Assembly (NCBI GenBank): GCA_025594325.1 | Contig: JANHCV010000013.1 | Span: forward strand, 1,054,001 to 1,118,000 | DNA: 64,000 nucleotides | Source of the DNA: Blastocladiella emersonii ATCC 22665 | Taxonomy: Eukaryota > Fungi > Blastocladiomycota | Reading direction: 5' to 3' | Shown: in pieces, positions 54,787 to 64,000 of the stretch | How the letters are laid out: the number at the start of each line of letters is the position of its first letter | How positions within the stretch are numbered: the stretch's first letter is position 1 | Notes under the pieces: model-generated | Database searches by the model: none | What the model was told of the DNA's origin: nothing | The model's input: the letters and a program-made list of their open reading frames with translations, nothing else | Position numbers and translations under genes: made by a program

Positions 54787-55566
54787 ATGAAATGGTCACT
54801 CCATGAACATGTGATGTTGGAGAAGAAGTTCCGCGAACTTATGCTCGAATTCATGACCCCGACTGACATCACGCGCGTCATGACGTTCCGGCGACGCGTC
54901 GCCCGCGAGGAGGCGCAGATGTTCCGAGAGATCCTGCGCCAGTCGACTACCGCGCGAATCGAGCACTGCCACCGCCGCGCCCTCGCCCTCGCTGGCCCGC
55001 AGGACCATCCAACCGCTTGGGATGCGGCGCGGGGTGCGGCGCTCGGCACGTTTGCGCGCGCCGAGTCGGACCTGGAGCGTAACCTCGCTAGCGCCATCCA
55101 GGAGGTGAACGCGCGGTACGAGCTGCACATGCACAAGGCCGACTGGTACTGGGGGTACCGCGTGTGGGACGAGCCGACGCGCTACTGGCTCGCGTCCATG
55201 CAGGAGTACGAGACGGGTGTGGTCGAGAAAGTCGCGAGGGTGGTGGAACGTCTCCACGCGACGGACGTTTGCACCTCGAGCCCCGACGTGCCGAGTTTTG
55301 TCCCGCTCATCTCCTACTCGGAGCTACCCTCGAGTCCATCGACTTCTTCTGCCGAGCTCGTCCAAGGGCTGGGCTCCGGCCCGGGCACAACGCCCGCACC
55401 CGCGCCGGCGTACGGTCTCCATGCGCCCATCGACCTCGCTGGCGCCACGCACAGCCTCAACGCGCCCGTCCACCTGCCCGCTGCGGCTCCCGGGTTCCAC
55501 ACGCACGCCACTCAACCTGCCGTCGCGGTCGGGTTTGGTGTCCCAACTGTACGAAGCAGCTCGTGA
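54787..55566 (+). CDS. Accessory ORF of unknown function inside the P-like element, 259 aa
   Basis: First ATG inside the TIR. Helical, charged N-terminal ~160 aa with an aromatic patch KADWYWGYRVWDEPTRYW, then a P/S/A-rich tail. Strong C/G third-position bias. Confidence 0.75.
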   Translation: MKWSLHEHVMLEKKFRELMLEFMTPTDITRVMTFRRRVAREEAQMFREILRQSTTARIEHCHRRALALAGPQDHPTAWDAARGAALGTFARAESDLERNLASAIQEVNARYELHMHKADWYWGYRVWDEPTRYWLASMQEYETGVVEKVARVVERLHATDVCTSSPDVPSFVPLISYSELPSSPSTSSAELVQGLGSGPGTTPAPAPAYGLHAPIDLAGATHSLNAPVHLPAAAPGFHTHATQPAVAVGFGVPTVRSSS

Positions 55567-55588
55567 TGATGGCTTGAGTGGAGCGCTG

Positions 55589-58500
55589 ATGGAGGAGATA
55601 CTCTTGAGTAGTAGCACGCCAACCGTCAAACCCATGTACTGGGTTGGCGGTTTGCAGGCTTGGCTGGGAAAGACGAGCATGCCCGAGCCCAAGTGCGCTG
55701 ATGACCAGCTCAAGATCTACTGTACCAATACCAAATGGAAACCCACCGTGCACTTGCGCGACCACCTTCTGGCGGGACTGGAAACACAACTCGCACGTCG
55801 AGCGAAACCCACATCCAGGTACACTCCTGAGCTAAGGCTACTTGCGGCTCGGACTGTACGGTGGTTGAATGCTTCCAACAGGTTCGTATCTCGCGCTTCC
55901 GCTGAACAGTGTAGATTTAGGTTCCGTCGCGATTCGAAGCGAGACTGACAAGTTGACGCGCCGACGTTCGATCTGTAGCGATCCACCGCGGCTTCCTGAA
56001 CCAGTACATCACCCTACACCATCCGCATCTCGTGCACCATCGCCATCTCCAACGGGCGAGGACATGGCCGTCAACCCGCCGCCGCTCGCCGCCGCAGCTG
56101 AGGACATGGACATGGACCTTGATCCGCTGGTGCTCGAGCCAATCTCGCGCACCCAAACCTCGTACTTGAGTCCCGACGAGGCCGACAAGAAGATGACCGA
56201 CCAAGCGACCAACATCAAGACGCTCAAGGAGAAGGTGCTCAAGCTCGAGTCGCAGCTTGCCGCCTGCAACAAGGAGAACAACGCGCTGCGCGAGGAGCTC
56301 ACCATGCTCCGCTCTTTGACGTGCGGCGGGTCCGAGGACGTGCAGTCGCTCGCCATTCTCGCCGTGCAGATCAAGGACAAGGAGGGCATCGAGCTCCTCA
56401 TCCAGCTGGCCACGGCGCTGTCCAAGGACAGCGTGCTCCCCCGCAAGCAGTTCATGTTCCTACATATTCGCGACCAAGTCCGCGGCGTTCTCGGCATCAC
56501 GATCACGTTCTACGATCCCGCGACGATCGAGGCGTGGTGCTACTTCCACGCCGAGGGCGGCGGCCACAAGGCGTTCCGGTACCTGCGCGGGCCTGGAAAG
56601 GCCGTGCCCGCCGGCCTGACTGACGGCGTCCGTCACAACGCACACGGCACCCCGCACCTCATCAACCTGTTCATCCCGGACACGCGCACAGTGCAGCGCA
56701 AGGCCAAGCAGGACCTGGACAAGAAGAACCCGATCGGGCTCCAGTACGGCCGCATCGAGGACGTGGCCAAGTACGTGACGGAGCAGAAGGCCAAGGGCAA
56801 CATCGTGGAAGTGTGTGTCGCGTTCGACGGCACGGACAAGCCCGACGAGCCGCGTCACTATGAGGACGGCATCGTCCAAGGCGGCCCAGAGTTTGGTAAC
56901 CTCGACATGGCGTTCAAGCTTCTAGCGGAACCCGGTGCGGCTCGCTTCGTGCGTTTTTGTCGCTCGATACGCGCGCCCTGACGTCCGGATCCGCGTGTAG
57001 TCCACGACGAGCGCTTCAAGGACGCGTCCGACCCCAAGTTCGCGCTCCCCGTTGAGCTGATCGACAAGCTCAAGGTCGACGAGCTCAACGACGCGTGCGA
57101 TGCGGCCGAGCAGGCCGTGTCCGAGTTCCACGCCGCGCCAGCCGCAACAGCAGCAGCCGCGGTCGGGTCGGAGAGCGGCGGCGCTGCACCAGCACCGGCC
57201 ACCGCCCTCCCAGGTTTCAACGAGAAGAACAAGCTTTGCAAGTGCGCGCAGCAGGTCATCGACACGCTGCGCTACCTCTGCGAGCGCGCGAACGTATACT
57301 CGGAGGCGCTAGCTGAAAAAGAGGAGAGGAAGCGGAGCAAGATCGAGAGCCCCGAGACCTTGGACGCCTCCAAGGAGAAGGCCAAGGTGGCCCTCGCCAA
57401 GCTGAGCGCCAAGCGCAGCCGTGTCCATATGTACGCTCAACAGGTTTGTGGTCGGCGATCATGACCGCTTGCCTTTGCTGTGTCTGATTAGGAACATTTC
57501 CTGGCTCGAGCTCCACGCGCAGCAGCTCGAACAGCAGGTGGCCATGGTCATGACTGAGCAGGGCCCGGTACAGCGCCTGACCAAGGTTGCCCTTGATCTG
57601 CTGCAGCTCATCATCGAGGCGCTCGACGGTGCCCACGACGCGCTCGTGGCCGTCACCGCTGCGGCGACGAAAATTCTCGTCTTCACCGTGACCGACCACG
57701 CGCTCAACAACCTGCAGTTCGTGGTCGCTCGCCTTCTCGTCGCATCCGAGTCCGCCAGCATCATTCTACCCGTACTGCGGTACATCAACTACGAGCTCAA
57801 GAAAGCTGGTATCTCGGTGGCCGCCCAAGCGTACGTTCTCCTCGTCCCACATCAGCGGCGCTTGCTGACAGCGAGTTTGCTTGTATAGGAGCGACGGCTC
57901 GAACGCCAACTGCCTCATGGGTCGCGGACCTGGCGCGGCGTGCTACCCGCAGATGGTTCGTGACGCGCAAGCGCAGTGGAAGAACATGGAGGAAGATGCG
58001 CTGCGCGAGTGGTTCAACTGCAACGTCGATTCGGCCATGTCGCTGCTCAACAACTCGAGCGACGTCAAGGCCAAGTGGAATGAGCACTACTTCACGACCT
58101 GGAAGAAGGACGTGCACATCAAGGCTATCATTGAGGTCCGCGACAAGCTGAGACGGAGCCCTTCCGCGACGGTCACACAGGCGGCGTTCACGAGCGTGCA
58201 GACGGTGCTGTGGATCAACGCGCGCCTGAAGCTCAACCCCAAGCACGACGTACGGCGAGTACCATGGGTTCCTGTGATTCGAGTCGGGCTCGACGGTCAG
58301 CTGCACAAGATCGTGACGGTGCACGACCGCGACCACGCGTTCAAGCGCGCCGCGATCCACTTCAGCGAGAGCTCCATTGAGGGCAAGACGGACCACACGC
58401 TGATCGACAAGATCATCAAGCTGTTCCCCGAGGTGCTCGGCCCAAAGTGGAAGAAACGCGATCGACAAAACGTTCCCGAGGCGCTAAGGCTGTTCTCAAT

Positions 58501-59248
58501 GGAGTGCATCCACAAGGTGCGCGAGGCGGCCGGACCCAACAACGAAAAAGGTACTGGACTCTGCATCATCCTCAACACCTGCCGCAAGCTCCAGGACGCG
58601 ATGAACAGCTCCAACCTCGGCATTGAGCAGCGGCACCAGCTCGTCGACGAGGCCGGCAGCATCTTCTACCTCGCGTTCCTCGAGAAGTGGTGTTTGGCCG
58701 ACGGCGGGTCGCCGACCAAGTACGTGTCCGGCATCCCCGCCTGCACCATCACGGCCCTGTTCAGCATCATCGGCGCGTTCAAGGCCTTTGACGAGCGCTA
58801 CGCTCGCTCCAACCCAGAGCCGAACGCCAAGCCGTGGCGCCAGCGCTTCCTCACCACCGACATGGTCGAGGCGTACTTCTCGGGCTGCCGCAACGCGTGG
58901 GGCCAGGACGGGCGCGCCAAGTCCAACACGCTGCCGCGCATCGTGATCCTGCTCGCCATGAGCAAGGCCGACCACTCGGCCGAGCAGCTCGCGAAGCCGT
59001 TTGACGAGCGCGGCGGGTTCGTCGGGTCCTCGTCGCGGCACTCGATGATCGGCGGGTACAAGCGCAACACGGGCGTGTGGGGGACGATGCGCGGCGAGGG
59101 ATGGGCACGCGGCACTCCGATCGCTCCCGCCGCCCCCGCCGACCGCCCGCGCAAGCGCCCAGCAGACGAAGTCGAGGGCGGCATCGAGTCGAGACCGAGC
59201 AACCGCGGCTTCCACCGCAACGGCACTCATGTGGGTCCCCAGTCGTAG
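55589..59248 (+). CDS. P-element-like DDE transposase, 5 predicted exons, ~1125 aa, apparently intact
   Basis: GT-AG introns 55882-55978 (least certain), 56935-57000, 57431-57491 and 57831-57888 join five ORF pieces in frame (3378 nt). Motifs: AFRYLR..IPDTRTVQR, VAFDGT (D1 at 56826), SVAAQASDGSNAN (D2 at 57893, created by splicing), HDRDHAFK (D(2)H), RQNVPEALRLFS, LTTDMVEAYFSGCR (E at 58868). Confidence 0.88.
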
Positions 59249-59611
59249 GCACAGTCGGCGAGATCATGCCGGGCGCAGCTTCGCGCCGCGCGCCGAGTCC
59301 AACGGGTCACGGGCCCGCGAGGGAAGTCAGAGATCGGGCAGTTGCAGCAAGAGAGAACATTTTTGTAATGCATAGTTATCATGTTTATTGCGATCCACGG
59401 GCTTGCCGAGGTCGAAGAGAGAGAGAAAAGCGGCCGAGGCGATGTGGCGGGTGGCGCAAGCGGAGGCCTGAGAGGCGGATTGGAGTGGCAGTCTATGGCA
59501 CGCGTCAGCTTCCCTGTGTCGATCATCGCTTCCACAGCGCGCGCGGTTGTCGCCCCCCTGCGAACGACGCGTCATGTTGCGGCTCCCCGGACGCTCGCTA
59601 CTACTTCATCC

Positions 59612-61798
59612 ATGAAGCATTCTCGAATGAATAACTCCATGCATTTGACCGAGGAACCACCCGCCACTCAGAATTTGAGGTTTAGCGACCTCCCGAATGA
59701 GGTGGCCGTTGTCGTGGTGCAGCTTGCCGAGGCCCATCCTGTCCTTCCGGCTGCCTCGCGCACACTGCTTGATCTCGCCCGCGACCACGCGGTCCTCTCC
59801 GCTTGGACGACGCGGGAGCTCGTCTGGCTTGGATCGTTCGTGGGCACTACTCAGGCCAGCGGCTCCGAGCCGTCTCAAAGCACCAACAGCAGACTGCTTA
59901 ATGGCGAAACCATCTTCGCCAACGCTTTCTTGGAACTGCAGAATCAATACTTGGCCGCATTCTCTGCCGTGAGCACCATACAAGACAACGAAACGTTCAA
60001 CTCGCGAGTCGACGCCTTGTTCCGCGCCGTCTTTTCTTGCGCGAGCTCACGCGCTCACGCTCAGCTTTCTGGCAAGAGCACCAAACAGCTTACCTCACTG
60101 CTGGATCATGTCATCAAGAAGTTGTTGGAGCGAGTTCGGTCCGAATCCCCGTATGGGTGCCCGGTCCCCACCATGATTCGGCTTCTCACAGCTGCAGTCA
60201 TGCTCGGAAATCCCTCTTTTATCGCTCACTCGCTTACGGTGATCAAGTCGGAGTGGCCGCAGCTCCTCGCGGTGCAACTGACGTGGTTCGAATGGCGCAC
60301 CCTTGGACTGTTCAACCCAATCTGCCTCACGGATGTTGGAAAGATCGAAGAGTCCTTTGAGACGGCAGAGGGGCTGTCTTCCTTCATGCCGCGCTTGGCC
60401 GACTTTCTCGCTTTCATTGCGCTCATATTTTGGAGTGCCTCTCCGCTCAAGCTCTTGTTTACTTCTCAGACGGTTCCTACGAACCAAGCCGCGATCCTTG
60501 CATTTGCAGCGCTTGAACCCATCACCCGCTTCATGTTCGGGGATTTCTACGAAAGAACTCCCGCGGACGAGGACATTACGGGTGTGATGGAGATTATTCT
60601 CAATTCTAACTGCGCAGTTCCGAACAAGCTCTTGTCCGCGGCCGTGGACGGGATCGGCGAGCACGACGCGACCGTACTTGCTGATCTCGTTTCGCGTTTC
60701 TCGGAAGTGCTGGGCGGGAGCTTGACCCCAGAGCAGCTCCGTGGCGCAAGCGACTCAATCGGCGAATGGTTTACACGCCAGCAGTATGCGGATAAACGCT
60801 TTGTGCTTCCAATGGAGGTCTTGAGCCCGCTCATCGCTCACGATTTTCTGCAAGTTCCCGAGCTTGGCAAAATCGTTGCCTGTGCGGTTCAAACTCGTTC
60901 GTCCAACGAATTCGACGCGCTTCGCACACTGGTCTCGCCGACCGTGTGGGATGACATTCTCATCGCGGGTACGCTGTCGCCCAGCTTAGTAGTGGGGATG
61001 CGCTGACCTTTGAGTGATGAATTAGCGTTTGCAAGCAAGCGCCTAATAGACGATGCGGCTTATGTCAACATGAAGCACCTTGTGCGCCAGACTTCGTCCT
61101 CCAACTTGATCCCGCGGATCGGCGAAACCTTTCTGACGAGGGACAACGGCTTCCAATCCGGCGTGTTCATTCGTACTTTCTTTGATGGCAAGCGCAGCTC
61201 GGACAACGAGTTGCTCGAGGTCTTTTCGATAACGATGCACCACCTTTCCGCCACACCTCCCAAGTACTATTCGATTTCCTGGAGCACGACTTGCGCGATC
61301 ACATTCCTTGCTGAGACCACGTTCTCCCGGCCGCTACTGAGGGACCGCGCCATCGGGCATGTTCGCGAGACAGGCGCCGCAGGGCATCTTGTTTGCGCCA
61401 TGGCCGCGGTCCGCTGTCATTATCGTCACAACTACGAAATGAAGCTCTCAAAATATCTCACTGAGTGCCCACGCTGCTCGCCGACCTACGCAAGCTCCTG
61501 GCGTGACATGTTTACCTTTCTTGTTGCAGCCATTCCTAGCGACACGGAGCTCGCTCAGCTCCTCTCAGCTTTCATTGACTCGGTTTGGCGCAAGAAAGTG
61601 GTTGAAGTTGAGGAAGATGCGGTACTCGATCAAATCATTGGCTGCAGCGAATGTTCGACGCAACAACTTGACAACGGGCTGTTTCAATTCGCGTTCAACA
61701 CCCTTGTTCAGCGCGACGCAGCTACTCGTCCTATGTTTCAAATTCCTGGCCCCGGGTCCAACTCGCTTCTCCGAGCCGCGCACGGATCATTCGATTGA
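59612..61798 (+). pseudogene. F-box-like N-terminus helical protein E, one in-frame TGA at 61004-61006
   Basis: RFSDLPNEVAVVVVQLA. ORF 59381-61006 and ORF 61010-61798 are in the same frame, separated only by TGA-CCT. The first part is homologous to 62671-64000. Confidence 0.7.
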
Positions 61799-62670
61799 TG
61801 AGCTTAGGACGACCCGGAGAGCTGAGACAGCCCCCAAAAGTCCGAGGGAATGAGCGCAAGTACCTTGTGGAGCTGACCTGGCCCCTGGAGTCGCACTCGT
61901 CGTTCTCGTTGGTGAGCGGAAAGAATGTCGTTAAATATGATCGTGCTCTCCTCAAACCCGCACGCCGAGTGAGATGCTAAGGCGGAGTCGTGACTTCGAG
62001 AGTTGCGTGATCGGGTCATCGTGGTTGACCATGAGCCCTAAGTTGGGTACCCCAGTCTGCATGCCGGCGTCTTCAACGGCATTCAATCGTCCCTCGCGGT
62101 ACTCAACAGGAACGAAATTTGAGCGTAGCAACACGAGCACCTCAAACGAGTTGCTGGCGGACACGAGATGCATGTCGTCGAGCGACAAAGAGCTTAAGCG
62201 GGCAACAATTTCCAGTCGCTCGACAAGCTTGCTTGGTTGCGATGCAGAGCAGCAACACGTCAAGCCAGATCGGACGGCGGGAGAGTGTCTCACTCACCAC
62301 TGAGCATCCCCGCGGCGCGACCTTGAGTCCACCTGAAGTGCACGCTGCTAGGGCTAGTGAAAGACATGGCGGGGGGCCGTGTCACGGAGCCGCGGGAAGT
62401 CAGGAGCGACCAGCGACGGCAACCGAGGGTCGATGCCGGGTGGATCGATCAAGCCGGCCTGCACCGGCACCTGTCTCATAAACTCGCAAAGCAAACGTTG
62501 CATGCAGTGGAAGCCGTGTTCCTCGGCGTTGCATGGCAGTGAGGTTGCGTGAAGAGAGCGGTGGCCTTGGAACGGCCGCCTCGCCGAGAAGCTCGCCGAG
62601 TCACCACAGCGGCGCGTCGTGTCTCAGCCCCCGAGCGCTCACCAGAACACCGCCCATGAAGCAATTCGTC

Positions 62671-64000
62671 ATGAAACACTCCGTGCATTAGGACGAGGGA
62701 CCACCAGACAGACGCTTTTTATCGTTGTTGGGGCTCCCGAGCGAGTTGCTTACTGTCGTCCTACGGCTATCGACGGCCCGAGCGGCAGTCCCTACGGCGT
62801 CGCTTGAGCTGGCCGTAAGTTGTCGCGACCGGTTGGTCTTAACGATTTGGACTGCCCGTGAACTTCTTAGACTTGCGTTGTCGTGCAAAACCCGTCGCGC
62901 AGGCAAAGAGCAGCCGCCCAGTTCGGACGAAAAACTGCTCGACTGCGACGAAATATTCTCCTGGGCGTATTCCGAGTTGGATTATCAGCTTCAGCGCTCT
63001 CGCCGGGCTCATGCGAAAGTGGGGGAGCACGACGTGCTCGTTGCGACGCTTAGTTCACTCTTCCGCGCCATCCTTTCATGTGCAGGCACTCTAGCCCATG
63101 CTCAGATCTTTGGCAAAAGTGCTGAACAGGTCGCCCAAATCCTGGCCCTCGTCTATGAAAAGTTATCGGACGACCATTTGCCAACCTCGCCCTACGCGTA
63201 TCCGCCTGCCGTGATCATTCGTGTGCTTTTGGCTGCGGTTTCGCTCGACGAACGGCCTCTGCTCGAATTTGTCCTTGGGGGAAATGGAGCAGCGGTGGCC
63301 TCAGCTTCTTGGCGCGCGGCTATCGTGGTTCATGTGGGACGGACTCGCTCTCTTTTGCCCGACTTTTTGTGTCGACGTCGTCAACTTCTTGGACGCACAG
63401 TACCTTTCATCGTACAAGCCAACTCTGACCGACTTTCTTTCTTTCGCCGCGGCCGCGCACTGGAAGCCTGCTCCTCTCGAGCTCCTCCTTGACCCGCGGT
63501 TTGGAGCGACGCCTGACGAGGTGCTCGAGTTTCTATCGATCGAGCCTATTCTCGATCTCACGTTCGAACCGCTAGAGGAATATCCCCCGCCCGAGACCGA
63601 CGGTCTTTCACAAGTGGTGGCAGTGTTTCTTTCGCGCGGTTACACTCTCCCCAGCAACCTCATGGCCGCAGTCGTGTGCGGACTCGTTCGGCACGACCCA
63701 TCCGCACTTACCCAGCTCTTAGTTCGGTTCGGCGATCCGGTGCGTGTGACGCTTTCCTCAGAACAGCTCAGTCGGGCCAGTCATTCGATTGATAACTGGT
63801 TTGACCCACCCGACGAGGAGTTTGGCGATGACAAGATGCTTGAAGTCGATGTTCTCGCCCCGCTCATCACTCACGGCTTGCTTCAACCTCCAGTAATTGG
63901 TCAAATCCTCGCCCGCGGGTTCGACGACCCTTACGTATGCGACGATTCCGAGGAGCTTCGTTCAATTGTTCCGCACTCAATTTGGGATGATGTCCTCGTC
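62671..64000 (+). pseudogene. F-box-like helical protein F, paralog of E; nonsense codon plus frameshift; runs off the window
   Basis: MKHSVH*DEGPP..LLGLPSELL (TAG at 62689-62691; E has HLTEEPP). An extra G in the run 63277-63281 shifts the frame, after which RWPQLL..LSWF.W..L.LFCP..LTDFL aligns with E. Confidence 0.8.

Larger units (their letters stand above)
54623..59560 (+). mobile_element. Complete P-superfamily-like DNA transposon with two genes
   Basis: Perfect 15-bp TIR CAGGGGGGCGACAAC (54623-54637, 59546-59560). Perfect 9-bp TSD CGAACGACG (54614-54622, 59561-59569). Inverted subterminal motifs CGCGTGCCATA and CTGCCACTCC. Confidence 0.93.

Noticed and set aside
54623-59560. Classifying the 9-bp-TSD element as MULE or hAT
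   Set aside because: It has D(2)H rather than C(2)H, plus the P-type RYLR..PxxRT, QNVxxAxxLFS and TDxxExxFSxxR motifs. No MULE or hAT signature was seen.
1-64000. A single giant cargo element (Starship-like or autonomous Helitron) explaining the whole window
   Set aside because: No tyrosine recombinase or Rep/helicase ORF is visible, and no enclosing boundaries lie within the window.

Overview
GC-rich eukaryotic DNA, most likely fungal: it has 58-97 nt GT-AG introns (several with CTRAY-like branch points) and a fungal type I FAS fragment. An early-diverging zoosporic lineage such as Blastocladiomycota is my inference from the gene families and is not proven. The window is an accessory, transposon-rich, birth-and-death region. 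Elements with both ends and target-site duplications (TSDs) readable in the sequence: (1) a PIF/Harbinger element (3076-5518, TTA TSD); (2) a non-autonomous element with short TIRs and a 10-bp TSD carrying a decayed gene (15096-17570, MULE-like); (3) a Ty3/gypsy chromovirus (29216-34844, 5-bp TSD) inserted in a LEA_2 paralog; (4) a Ty1/copia element (47927-54168) with a half-tRNA primer site and a 4-bp TSD, inserted in a subtilisin fragment; (5) a complete 4.9-kb two-gene element (54623-59560) encoding a spliced P-superfamily-like DDE transposase, with 15-bp TIRs, asymmetric subterminal motifs, an unknown accessory ORF and a 9-bp TSD. Element 5 is the most notable feature. Also present: the 3' end of another copia, a Helentron/HINE-like head-to-tail module with 26-bp minisatellite arrays, at least eight genes or pseudogenes with F-box-like N-termini fused to ankyrin-like, LRR or other C-termini, three related single-pass membrane proteins (two with repeated YLP tail motifs, one with a hevein-type chitin-binding domain), two LEA_2 genes, and orphan FAS and S8 protease fragments. 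No rRNA, tRNA gene or CRISPR array is supported.
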